Shown here: positions 48,825 through 61,766 of the stretch, in pieces | Numbering within the stretch: position 1 is the stretch's first letter | Layout of the letters: the number at the start of each line of letters is the position of its first letter | DNA from: Leucoraja ocellata | Taxonomy: Eukaryota | Reading direction: 5' to 3' | NCBI GenBank assembly: GCA_036785375.1 | Contig: JAWMAR010000246.1 | Location: 2,480,001 to 2,544,000, forward strand | DNA: 64,000 nucleotides | Notes under the pieces: generated by a model | The model's database searches: none | Told to the model about the DNA's origin: nothing | What the model saw: the letters and a program-made list of their open reading frames with translations, nothing else | Translations under genes and position numbers: made by a program

Positions 48825-49440
48825 GGTCCGCTGGATCTCCCAGTTGATAACCATTTAACTTCCCTTCCCATTCCCGCACTGACCCTTATGTCCTGGGCCT
48901 CCTCCATTGCCAGAGTGAGGCCACACACATACTGGAAAAACAGCAGCTCATATTCCACTTGGGTAGTTTTCAACTAATGGTGTGAATATTGAATTCTCCA
49001 AATTTAGGTAACTTCTAATTAACCCTCCCTCTCTCACCTTCTCATCTCCCCGACATCCACCCTCTATCTTCCTCCCCTTCCCTGACCTGGGCCCCACCTG
49101 GACTCCCATCTATTTCCCCCTCCACCTGTCCCCCTCACTCCTGGTTTCCTCCTTCTGGCTTCACAATCTGCAACTTCTCAAACTTGTCACACACCTACTG
49201 TTCTTATCTCTGGCCTTTGCTCCATCCATCTCCCTGTCAAAAAACCCTCCTCATCTGTGTCGATCTGGCACCTGTCATGCATTGTCCTGCTTCATCCCTT
49301 TTCCAGCTTTGGTCTCTCCCATCAGTCTGGAGAAGAGTCTTGACCTGAAACATCATGTTCCCCAGAGATGCCGCCTGACCTGCTGAGTTATTCAAGCACT
49401 TTGTGTCCTCTTGTGTACTCACTAGCATCTGCAGTGCTTT
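48825..49440 (+). mobile_element. Penelope-like element: GIY-YIG C-terminus, 3' UTR, degenerate hammerhead and tail
   Basis: DLPV.NH...SHSRTD..VLGLLHCQSEAT..LEKQQLIF.LGS...NIEFS, then cagtctggagaagagtcttgacctgaaac and a ctagcatctgcagt tail. This links the hammerhead repeat to a Penelope ORF. Confidence 0.82.
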
Positions 49441-49898
49441 ATTTCTGGCATTAATTACTGTTGCAAAAGAGAACATTGAAGTATTTAAGTTCATTTCTGA
49501 AAGGCCTGGTTCTAATTTTTGGGCTACCTAAAGTCTCCAAACAGCAACAATAGCATTATCAGATCCAATTAATATTTGCGCTCTTTTTTTTACTGAATAA
49601 ATCAACTCAGATAAGAATCAGCTATTAATCATTACATCAATCAAACTGCTTTCACAATGGATGGTCAGACTGACAAAAATGGCTTTTAAATACATCACAA
49701 AAATGTTTCATTATAATATGGATATGGTGGGAATGGAGGGGTATGGATCATGAGTAGGCATCTGAAATGAATTTGCCATTATGTTCAGCACTATCATAGT
49801 CGGCCAAATGACCTGTTCCTCTGCTGTGCTTTTCTATGTTCTATGAAACTTTCATTATATGAGCATAAACGACTGAGTTTTCAGTATGCATTAGATTA

Positions 49899-50042
<144 letters not shown>

Positions 50043-50789
50043 TCAAATAAAGAAAAAGAAAAAATTGTTCCCAATTATTTTTAAATAATTTGTACAATTA
50101 AATAAATTATTTAAACACCAGGATTTTTCACTCTGGATATTTTTGGAACGGGGACAAAGAATGAATCATTTAAAACATCTTATGTCCTCCAAAATAACTC
50201 CAATATGCATTTCCTTTGGCAGCACTTTGTCTATGTTCACATAGTAATGACAAATTAATTCACTCCCAAGGTGAAACAAATATTAATGCCTCATGTTTAA
50301 CTATAATGATATCTTCAGAGATGTTTTTGACTCTGGAATGGAATGCAGTATTATAAATGAGACAGAGACCTTGGCAAACAATGAAGCACAGGAAGTGGTC
50401 TTCCAGGAGTTGGGGGTAGGTGGAAGTGGAAATAGGACGCTGCTCTTGGTTAGGCGGTACGACCAATCATTAACACAGTTTTAGCACTGTTGTCTCCCAT
50501 TTGCAGAGGCTGCACCGAATAAATAATTCTTTGAGCACAATCACTGTGGTTCACCAATGTTCTCCAGAGGAGGAAATCTGCCATCCTTATCTAGTCTCAT
50601 TTATGCATAACACTAGAACCACCTAAACCTTGCCTGCAAATAGAAAGATAATTGGACATTGTCTATAAATAACGGCTGGTCTAATTACATTGTTATCCTG
50701 TTATTTAGTTAATCTAAACAATCAACTAGTTAACAGCTTACGATATATAAATGAAAAATCAATCTTTCGGGGATACTCCGCGCTCTTAG

Positions 50790-51140
50790 AAATCCGACAA
50801 TGTAATCAAGGACTATTCACACCACACTCTCTTTTCCACTCTCCTGTCGGGCAGAAGATACAATAAGTCGAAAGCAGATATCTTTAGATTCAAGAACAGC
50901 TTCTTTCCCGCTGTTATTAAACTCTAGATTGGTCTTGCCGTTATGCGAGGGATGAATTCCAATGTACTTTAGATTTCACTGCAGTTGTAACACTATATTC
51001 TGCACTCTGTTTATTTCCTCTTTTGCTATTTCCTCTTTTGCATTACCTGATGTATTCATGCATGCTATGACTTACCTAGATAGCATGCCAAACAAAGTCT
51101 GTCCAATGTATTTCAGAACAGATGGCAATAATAAACCAAT
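50790..51140 (+). mobile_element. Rex1-like 3' end in npr2 intron
   Basis: LFSTLLSGRRY...RFKNSFFPAVI followed by the family 3' UTR. Confidence 0.7.
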
Positions 51141-51684
51141 GCCTATCATATCATTTCTCAGCTTCTATTCCACTGAAGGAAGCAGTCCTGATTCAATTTT
51201 TTTTTCACCTTTCTCCTTATTTTATGGCAAATAAATAATTATGTGTTACTCTCCCTAATTAGATATTTTTCTTTTTGCATTTTATTAAAATCTTCACGAG
51301 GAGCACTTGGATGTCGACCACTGACTACAATGACAAGATTTTGTAACATGAATGTCACAACATTTCCTTTTTTTTTGTTTCCTCTCTTAAATCACAGATT
51401 AATATCAGAGCACACTTTTGTAGGTACAGACCATTGCAGGGTGCCTTGCTAAGATGAACATTCATAGCACAAGACTCTTAACAGAAAAGGGGGGAAATAG
51501 CAAGCATCCTTCACTAGGCCCATTGTAACTGTGACATGGAGTGAAAGAGTGTAACCTCTGCAAAATCACCAGTGGATTGTGTTTCCAAGCAGTTGTTCTG
51601 AATAGTAAAATCTATGAAGAATAACTATATAATCCCAATGAGAACCTATACATGAACTTAACTTCTTATATGAACTTAATTTAC

Positions 51685-51859
51685 CTGTGTGCATTCCTAT
51701 TCTTAGCTTTAGCTGGTCTTTGGGCTTATGCCGTATTTTAAAAGATCTCACTGCATCCAGCAATGCTAAGGACATTCTGGCAATCTCTCGTGCATGGAGT
51801 TTTTCATTCCGTACTGGGAGCCCAGATACAACCATATAGGCATCTCCAATTGTTTCAAC
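51685..51859 (-). CDS. npr2: npr2 coding exon, 175 nt
   Basis: [58 protein letters not shown](G). Acceptor aatgttag, donor GTAAAT. Overlaps ORF 51566..51835. Confidence 0.96.
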
Positions 51860-52254
51860 CTAACATTGAGAATACAAGCATATCATTAGTTGAAACCACT
51901 TAACATGGGAAGACTACCTGTTCTCTATTAGTGCAGTAAAGTGAAACATTAAATGTTATCGTAGAACATTTGGTTCCAGAAGTTGATTGAGTTTATTTCT
52001 TGATCTAAAATTGACATAAGATCTCCCACAGAAGTGAAGAAATGGACACCTTTGGCTCCTTGCACTGTTTCTCCAAGGCTTCTTCAAACTCCAGTTCATC
52101 CAACTATAGAGGCGTACAGTACAGAACTGATTATTTTTTTACCCAAATCCTTTGAATGCTGGAAAATTCATCCAATTTATTGTTAAAAAAAACTGCATTG
52201 GTGTTAGTCACAAGACACTGTGCTTTTCACGTCTTTCTCCTTATTTTATGGTAA

Positions 52255-52399
52255 TTTTAATTTTTTAATTTTTTTTAACCTGTTTTTTTATTTTTATTTT
52301 TTAAATTTTATTTATTAGAAGTAAGTACAATACAGTGGTACCTTTTTACAGGTTCCCAAAATTATGTTAACATAATACATTCTCTGTACAACTTACTTA
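52255..52399 (-). mobile_element. Extremely 5'-truncated L1-type insertion with A-rich tail and 12-bp TSD
   Basis: TSD ATTTTATGGTAA at 52243-52254 and 52400-52411. T-rich tract then tttattagaagta, the same terminus as the L1 at 24888-24900. Confidence 0.78.
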
Positions 52400-52527
52400 A
52401 TTTTATGGTAAATTAATAATTGTTTTTTACCCTCTCTGGAATTAATTTGTTTTCCTTGTGCATTATATTAAAAGAGTTTTATACATTTTAAAAGATTACA
52501 ACAAATGGTGAGTTGAATTTGACCAGC

Positions 52528-52822
52528 TGTTTAGTTTAGAGACACAGCACGGAAACAGGCCCTTTGGCCCACCAAGTCCGTGTCCACCAGTGATTCCTGC
52601 ACACCCACGCTGTCCTACACATACTACGGAGAGTTATTTTTACAATTTTAGCAAGTCAGTTAGCCTACAAACCTGTACGTCTTTGGAATGTGGGAGGAAA
52701 CTGGAGCACCCAGAGAAAACCCACTCAGGTCATGGGGTGAACGTACAGATTCCATACAGACAGCTCCAGTAGTCAGGATTGAATCCGGGTCTCTGGAGTT
52801 GTAAGGCAGAAATTCTACCACC
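52528..52822 (-). mobile_element. V-SINE (HE1-like), npr2 intron
   Basis: ggtagaatttctgccttac...cccggattcaatcc head, V core and CR1-like tail with (CTAAA)n. Confidence 0.82.
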
Positions 52823-54434
52823 TTTGTTCTACTGAGCCTATTCGTTTCATCATGGTATAATTTGTCCACATCACTATCTCCATTCGTGGAATTTCTCCAC
52901 CCCACCAGAACAACTGTTTACTGGAACCAATCTTCTAGAAAATGTGTCAACATTTGTGATTGTAAGCATGCATATTTTATTAGAAAAGCAGCTTTACAGC
53001 AGTACTGTAATGCGGTTGCCTATGGTTGTTTAATTTATTTTAATAATGTCAAAGAATGTTAAGTAAATGGTCTAATTAATATGTAGACTTATTCAACCTA
53101 CTGAAAAAGAAAAAACATTTCAATGAAATTAGTGAGATCTTTAAGGCATAAAATAAGGTATACAACTGCTCTTAATGCATTTATTAAGTTTTTGAAAGTT
53201 ATATTTAATGCCAATATTCATCCCTCAGGAGGCAGAACATATTGCCTAATGCTGGGTTGCAGTTCTCTGCTATCACCCGTTAATATTTTGCAGACTTGGT
53301 CATTCCTTATGGCTGTGCTTGGACAGTAATTTCAAAAGACTGTTCGACCAAGCACAGGATGGGTTTCAATAGATAATTTTACTTTCAGTTTAGTTTATTG
53401 TCACGTGTACCTAGGTACAGTGAAAAGCTTTACACTTTACCCTTTCTTTGCATTGAGATCTTTGGACTTTACCAAGAACATATAGAACAGTACATAACAG
53501 AGCAGGAGATGATCCTTCAGCCCACAATCTCTGTGCTGGACATAATGCCAAATGTAACTAATCTTCACTGCCTGCAATGGAACATAGAACATTACAGTAA
53601 AGGAACAGGATGCAGTAAATGTATAACATGCATATAAGTAAAGGCCAACACACTAGAGAACTGTATCAGATGTTAAAACAAAAATTGTGCAATGGTAATT
53701 ACATTGACATTGTGGCAATTTGAGGCTTCAAGCACTGAATCTAGATATCTCCGCCTTAAAAATATCCAAATAGGCGGAGATTTACAGATTTGTGATTAAT
53801 ACGGGTGTCAGGGATTATGGGGTGACGGTAGGAGAATGGGGTTGAGAGGGAATGATAGATCAGCCATGATTGAATGGTGGAGTTACTTAATGGGCCTGAA
53901 ACATCACCTATCCATTTTCTCCAGAGATGCCGCCTGACCTGCTGAGTTACTCCAGAAGTTCGTGTACTTTTCTGTTTTGCAGTTTATTGTTTCTAACAAA
54001 AAGTAAGGAGGCTTATTTTATCAATAATGTTCTAAATATTTAACAGCATTGAAATGAAGTTTGAAACACAGGCATAAAACGATTGAAGCAGCTGTATAAT
54101 TTTCAGCATTTTCTCATGATGATATCTATTACAGTTTGAAGGACATATGAGGGAACTACAATCCATCATACAAAAAGCTATATTGCAGGTCAAATAAATG
54201 TGCTTAGCAGCAATTATGGCTTAGTGTCCCCAATTTACAGGTTACACTACATTTTCAAGGTATCATAGAGCAAAACCAACTTATGTACATCGATTTTTAA
54301 CAGGGAAAGTTGAAAGAAGTGCACGTGGTTGAAGCATGAAGCACCTTAAGATTTCCATGTTAAACTATGAAAGCTCAAAAATCTGAAAATTCAGTTGCCT
54401 TTTCACTGCCATATAATCTGCAAAGTCTTGCTCA

Positions 54435-54665
<231 letters not shown>

Positions 54666-56394
54666 TTACCCTCAGTTACATATGTTAATGCTGAATAATA
54701 TATGGCAACTGTGCATTGCATTCCCTTTCAAACTTCAGTTCAAGTGAAATCGATGGAGCCAAATTTGCCGCTGTTACTATGAAGGAGTATAGAACACAAC
54801 CAACACATAAGAATTCTGAAATAATCTAGGGTACTAATAAACTTTGAGAAGTCATTACTCATTCAGGCTGTTTTGAGTTTTGGGTTTTTAACTTATTTAT
54901 ACTGATGTTTAAAAGTTAAAACCTGGAAACATTGGGAAACGCGTTGTCATAATTCTTCTGAAATGGTTTTATTTAAATTCAATTTCCAGGAACTAATCCA
55001 TCAGGATAATGATTTAATGATTTAATTTGCTATGAACTTCCAGACAAGTAAAATCCATGCTGTAAGTTGAAAAGTTACAGAAATGATAAAAATCAGGGGC
55101 AGCAGAAAATCATTATTAGGAAAGAGGGAGCTCTGGCGATGTATTTCATGTGCACTAAGCATTGGCAACGTACACTGGTTAGCCACCAAGCCACATCTCA
55201 GAAATTGACCAAGTTATGTTTCCATTGTCAGCTAGGTGAGATTGGTCTGAAGAAGGGTCCTGACTTGAAAGGACATCGGTCCATTCCCTCCAAGATGTTG
55301 CCTGGCACTGTAAGGCAACAACTAAGATAATTACAGATAAAGCAGTCTATTAACTTGTTTTAATTCAATCATTCAACACAATTACTCCATTCCCTCAATG
55401 TAGCTCTTTAGGAATGGGATTTATGGCAAAGTCAGCATTTAAAGCCCATCCCATTGGTGATGGGCGATCTTCATCAACCACTGCAGTCTCTACGGTGAAG
55501 CTGTTCTCACAATATTATTACGTAGACAATCCCAGTGTTCTGGTTCAGCGTGATGAAGAATCGATTATGTTTTTCCACATTGGGTGTGGAACTTTCAGGT
55601 GGCAGTGTTGCATTTTGCCTACCAGAGAGTAGATGTCCAGGTGACCATGTACAAGGGCAAAGGCTGTTTAGCGAGTGCAACCCCAACTGCCCTGCTCAGA
55701 ATGAATGGGCCCTGTGGCACCAGTTTGACTCCCTGCAGGAGCCACAGAGGGTGTTGACCATAACAGATTGTCGCATTGGGAGGTGCTGAAGAAGAATATT
55801 GTTGATTCGTTGCAGTACATGTTAGGTGGTTCACAATGGAACTTGCAGCTATTTACAGTAGACAGTAGGATTATATATTTGAGGAACTGGATGACATGTC
55901 TTTCAAGGTGGTTGCTCTGACCTGGATGGTATTGATCTTCCTGAGTGCTGCTGGAAAATATTCCATTGTAATCTGGACTTGTGCTCTGTAGATGGTAGAA
56001 GGTCTCTGGGGTGTCAGGTATCTAATTACTCCTTGTAAATGCTTTGATCTGTACCTGCAGCCATTGCATTCTTGTGGCCAGTTCAGATATTAGTCAACGG
56101 TGGTGCCCCGGAACTCAATAGGAATGCAGTTGAAAATCAATGGAATGTATAAACAAGGACCTGTAGATGTTGGTTTACAAAACAAAAGACACAAAGTGCC
56201 GGAATAACACAGAGGGTCAGGCAGCACACCTGCAGAACATGGATTGGTGACTTTTTGGGTCAGTGTCCTTCTTTAGACAGTGTTTCAGGTCAGGACCCTT
56301 CTTCAGACCCAAAGGATGCTGTTAGATAAGATTGGACTTCACCTCCAATACATTTTCCATGACTCCAACCTTCAAAGCTCTTCAACCTACAACC

Positions 56395-56590
56395 CTTACA
56401 TTCCAGGACCAAGGGGACCCAACACTCAGTAGTCAAGCTGCAGTATGCAGATGACACTTGCATTTGTGTTTGTTCGCTTCAATGCATCGCCAATTCATTT
56501 ATCAAAGTTTACAAGTGGATGGGTCTGAACACAACATCTTCAAGACCAAGGTCCCCAAACAGCCTATGTCTGTTGCACTCCACTACCCTC
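56395..56590 (+). mobile_element. RTE-clade RT fragment
   Basis: SRTK...SVVKLQYADDTCIC...LQCIANSFIKVYKWMGL...NIFKTKV. Confidence 0.65.
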
Positions 56591-56767
56591 CATCAATTAG
56601 GATGCGAGGAAGATGGTAAGGGTAGTCCTAGTCCTTGGCACTTCATTCTTACTTGCAGGTTACTCCTGTAACCATGTGTTAGGAAGGAACATCAACCAAC
56701 CCTCACTTTCTCCCTCTCTCCATCCCTCCCCCTTCCCAGTTCTCCAACCAGTCTGATTGTCTCTGAC

Positions 56768-58683
56768 CAGGCACGGAAATCGCTATCAAAATATGGAGGG
56801 AACCGGGGGACAGGGGGGGACACAATTTCTTGGTGGCCGCGCGCGCATGCGCACACTCACACACACAGCGCGAGGCTTCGGAGGCTCAATCCAGCGCTAA
56901 ATGCAGCTCAACTCTGCCTGTCTCGCCGGGTTAACCTACATCCCTGCCTGTACTGATGGAACATAGAAACATAGAAACATAGAAATTAGGTGCAGGAGTA
57001 GGCCATTCGGCCCTTCGAGCCTGCACCGCCATTCAATATGATCATGGCTGATCATCCAACTCAGTATCCCGTACCTGCCTTCTCTCCATACCCCCTAATC
57101 CCCTTAGCCACAAGGGCCACATCTAACTCCCTCTTAAATATAGCCAATGAACTGGCCTCCACTACCCTCTGTGGCAGAGAGTTCCAGAGATTCACCACTC
57201 TCTGTGTGAAAAAAGTTCTTCTCATCTCGGTTTTAAAGGATTTCCCCCTTATCCTTAAGCTGTGACCCCTTGTCCTGGACTTCCCTAACATCGGAAACAA
57301 TCTTCCTGCATCTAGCCTGTCCAACCCCTTAAGAATTTTGTAGGTTTCTATAAGATCCCCTCTCAATCTCCTAAATTCTAGAGAGTATAAACCAAGTCTA
57401 TCCAGTCTTTCTTCATAAGACAGTCCTGACATCCCAGGAATCAGTCTGGTGAACCGTCTCTGCACTCCCTCTATGGCAATAATGTCCTTCCTCAGATTTG
57501 GAGACCAAAACTGTACGCAATACTCCAGGTGTGGTCTCACCAAGACCCTGTACAACTGCAGTAGAACCTCCCTGCTCCTATACTCAAATCCTTTTGCAAT
57601 GAAAGCTAACATACCATTCGCTTTCTTTACTGCCTGCTGCACCTGCATGCCTACCTTCAATGACTGGTGTACCATGACACCCAGGTCTCGCTGCATCTCC
57701 CCCTTTCCCAATCGGCCACCATTTAGATAATAGTCTGCTTTCCCGTTTTTGCCACCAAAATGGATAACCTCACATTTATCCACATTATACTGCATCTGCC
57801 AAACATTTGCCCACTCACCCAGCCTATCCAAGTCACCTTGCAGTCTCCTAGCATCCTCCTCACAGCTAACACTGCTCCCCAGCTTAGTGTCATCCGCAAA
57901 CTTGGAGATATTGCCTTCAATTCCCTCATCCAGATCATTGATATATATTGTAAATAGCTGGGGTCCCAGCACTGAGCCTTGCGGTACCCCACTAGTCACT
58001 GCCTGCCATTGTGAAAAGGACCCGTTTACTCCTACTCTTTGCTTCCTGTTTGCCAGCCAGTTCTCTATCCACATCAATACTGAACCCCCAATGCCGTGTG
58101 CTTTATGTTTGTAGTCTCCGCGCTTCTCCGCGCTGGCTGTAAACATGGGCCATATATCCCGCAAGTCCAGGCAGGGCTGTACGTTAACCTGACGGGACAG
58201 GCAGAGTTGAGCTGGGTTTTGCGCTGCTTCTCTGCACTGGCTGTGTGCCTGGGGGCACCGCTCCCGTCCGACTCCCGACGTCTCTGGCCACCCCCGGGCG
58301 TGGGGGGGGACAGCGCCGGAGAGCCGGGATCGATCCTGGCTACGGATGAGGCGCAGGTCTGTGCCGAGAGTGTTTTGGCACGTCTCCCTCCTCTAATCAC
58401 TGCACTCTATCCTCAGTCCCAGGAGTGGGGGCCCCCACTCCTCCCTCCTCCCTCCTCCAATGATCACGCTGAATCATCATGTCCCGCTCCCATTGCCTGC
58501 TGACCAACGTCTCTCTCATCCAATCGCACCCTCGATCATCAGTCTCACTCCCAATGCCTTGCAGAAAGCGGAGATTTCACCGGGTTTTAAAATCCAGAAT
58601 ACAAAAAATGGGGGGAATCAACCCACCTCTCAAAACAGGGGGGGACGTGTCCCCCCTGGCCCCCCCGGGAATTTCCGCCCCTG
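56768..58683. mobile_element. GC-rich hAT-like non-autonomous element, inserted in a Penelope 3' UTR and itself carrying a CR1
   Basis: TIR-like CAGGCACGGAAAT / ATTTCCGCCCCTG (11/13 match) with GGGGGAC subterminal repeats. The Penelope sequence at 56690-56767 resumes at 58684. No clean TSD. Confidence 0.6.
56960..58105 (-). mobile_element. Young 5'-truncated CR1 LINE with an uninterrupted RT C-terminal frame
   Basis: ORF 57061..58164 (CR1 part from KAHGIGG to GEKAGTGY*) and tail (TTTCTATG)3. Confidence 0.95.
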
Positions 58684-58920
58684 TCTACATTTTATCTGTT
58701 TGCTTTGTTGTTAACTTCTACAAGTTAATAATGACATATTCTACATTTTCCTAATCTCCATCCCCTTTGTCCTAGTTTCACATCTTACACTTTCTTATCT
58801 TTGCATCTCCCTCTCCCCTGACATCAGTCTGAAGAAGGATCTCGACCCGAAACAGCACCTGTTCCTTCTCTCCGGAGGTGCTGCCTGTCCCAATAAGTTA
58901 CTCCAGCATGTTGTGTCTAA
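58684..58920 (+). mobile_element. Penelope-like 3' end with degenerate hammerhead motif (~58829-58856)
   Basis: cagtctgaagaaggatctcgacccgaaacagcacc plus family body. Confidence 0.72.
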
Positions 58921-59059
58921 TTCCTGTGACCATGTTTCTGGGCACAGTAGATCCTTTCCTGGCATGTCCATGTACTGCATTTACTCTTTATGTAGCACGT
59001 GGGGCAGGAACTTTGCTGCAGTTGGGAGATCACAATATTGCTAATTTATTTGATTGGTT

Positions 59060-59637
59060 CAGTATAGGGCTCTGGTGTGACCACATCTGGAGTATTGTGT
59101 ACAGTTTTGGTCTCCTAATTTGAGGAATGACAACCTTGTGATTGAGGCAGTGCAGCGTAGGTTCACGAGATTGATCCCTGGGATGGCCGGACTGTCATAT
59201 GAGGAATGATTGAAAAGACTAGGCTTGTATTCACTGGAGTTTAGAAGGATGAGGGGGATCTGATAGAAACATATAAAATTATGAAAGGACTGGACAAGCT
59301 AGATGCAGGAAAAATGTTCCCGACGTTGGGCGAGTCCAGAACCAGGGGCCACAGTCTTAGAATAAAAGGGAGACCATTTAAGACTGAGGTGAGAAAAAAC
59401 TTTTGAGTTGTGAATTTATGGAATTCCCTGCACAGACGGCAGTGGAGGCTAAGTCACTGGATGGATTTAAGATAGAGTTAGATAAAGCTCTGCGGGCTAG
59501 TGGAATCAAGGGATATGGGGAGAAGGCAGGCACTGGTTATTGATAGGGGACGATCAACCATAATCACAATGAATGGCGGTGTTGGCTCGAAGGGCTGAAT
59601 GGCCTCCTCCTGCACCTACTTTCTATGTTTCTATGTA
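59060..59637 (+). mobile_element. CR1 3' fragment
   Basis: Decayed ORF2 C-terminus, 3' UTR and (TTTCTATG)n tail. Confidence 0.88.
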
Positions 59638-60129
59638 GTAGCTTGTTTGTTGCAGCATTGATAGACATTGTTTTTGCTGGGAAGTGCACCAATTCCCATA
59701 TCTCAGGAGGCACCTTTTGGCCATGGCAAACACCAAAATTGAAATTCATCGCTGCACATTATGTATTGGCAAAACTTCTGGCTGAGAAGAAATTATCTGA
59801 GTTTCAAGATCTCCGAGCTGGCACAAAATTCACGGTCCTTCCGGCAGTCCATGATCACTGTTCTAAGGTATGCTTCCGAGACTTGGACAGCCTTTCTCTG
59901 ACATCTCAAGCCATTGGAAAGATACTAGCAATATCATACAGTATATGTAAAATCCTCCAAATGCACTGCAAAGATAAGAGAATCAGCCTCTCGCTTAACG
60001 CAACACCCCCAGTATTGAGGACCAAGTTACTATCAGCTACCGATATATGCTTGAATTCCAAAACAGATTTGGGCATTTGCTCGTATCTTATTCTGTGTTC
60101 ACCTGGTAATTTTCTTGTGCATAATTATC

Positions 60130-61040
60130 AGGTAGACACAGGATAAGATACGAGTAAATGGCCAAAGCTTCCGCAACATCACCACTGGACAAAGTGGGGG
60201 AAAATGATTGAGATGGTTTTGAAAACATTTAGAGCATGAATTGAGAGAGCAGAGAGTACCCGTGTGGAGAACACCAAAACTCCCATCACCCATCTCCTGC
60301 CCCATCTTAGGAAGGGACTTTTGGTTGGGAAATGAACCTGGCCAGGTGACTGGTGTCTCAATGGAAGAGCATTTTGAGGATAGTGATCACAACTCCATAA
60401 GTTTTAAGATTGGTTTGAAAAGGGATAAAGCTAGACCTTGCAGGAAGGGACTAATTGGAGTAAGGCAAATTACGTTAATATCAGGCAGGAGCTCAGGAGA
60501 GTACATTGGGGCAGATGTTATGGGGCACGTCAACATCTGACATGGAGGAGTCATTTAAAAGCCAGTTAATTAAAGTTTAGGACTGGCATGTTCCAGTGAG
60601 GAAGAGTCCAACCTCGCCTTATTGCTAAAATCTCCCGATGCAGGCAGCATTGTGATAAGCCTCTTCTGTACCTTTTCCAAAGCTTCCTCAACTTTCCTGG
60701 TATGGGGCGAACAGACCTGTACACAATACTCCAAATGTGATCTAACCAAAGTCCAATAAAACTGCCACATGACTTTCTGAGTCTTATAATCAACAGGCTG
60801 ACAGATGAAGGCAAGCATACCATATGCCATCTTTACAATTCTATCTCCTAGTGTTGCCACACACAGGGAGCTCTGGATTTGGATTCTGTATAATCAATGT
60901 TGTTAGTGGTCTGCATCAACTGTATACTTTCCCCTCACATTTAACCTCGTACAGTGTAACACATCAGTCGTATTCAAATTAAATTCCATCAGCCATTTCT
61001 CCGCCCACTTCTGTAGATGATCTATATCTTGCCATATATT
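60130..61040. mobile_element. Two old CR1 fragments in opposite orientation (60130-60600 +, 60605-61040 -)
   Basis: GNEPGQV...EEHFEDSDHNSISF on +, and LVRSHLEYCVQV.SP on -. Confidence 0.75.
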
Positions 61041-61562
61041 TGATGGCCGTATAATCTAACAGAAAATCTACCAACAGGTAAAAGGAATTACTATTTTTTG
61101 AAATGTTTTGATAATATTTAAATCAGATTGATTTGTTGGCAGAGGAACATTATACTTTCCTTCTTTTATTTGTTGGCTCTGGTAATGAATAAGGGTATCT
61201 GCCTGAAATCTTCAACAAGTTTAGTGCTAGTACTATGCATGGCCAAAAAATATAAATTACTATTTTTTCTATGTATCAAATTTCATCAACTAAAGTTGTC
61301 AGGTCTTCATAACCTACATTATTGGTTATAAGGCACTTTGGAGGAATCTGACGTTATGAATGTCACAACATAAATGCAAAGCATTTTTTTCAGTCACGAA
61401 AATGACTTGTACTTGTCACATGTACAATTTACAAGTATCTGATATTTGCTCTAAAAAGTGTGAAATAACTTTCTGCTGCCAGTGAGACTGTGATCCAATT
61501 TGTCTTTTATAATCTTACAAGAAAGCTCTAACCCTTAACAAAAATTGGAATGGAATATTTCA

Positions 61563-61766
<204 letters not shown>

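Noticed and set aside
57061-58164. 367-aa intact RT-like ORF as a domesticated gene
   Set aside because: It is a 5'-truncated young CR1 whose frame happens to extend ~20 codons into flanking DNA. It lacks the N-terminal RT motifs and keeps the LINE tail.
59625-60146. 173-aa ORF antisense to npr2
   Set aside because: It starts in a CR1 tail and has no recognisable domain or splice support.
60130-61040. Opposite-orientation CR1 pieces as a twin-priming inversion
   Set aside because: The pieces come from distant parts of ORF2, are highly decayed and show no TSD, so this cannot be distinguished from two independent insertions.
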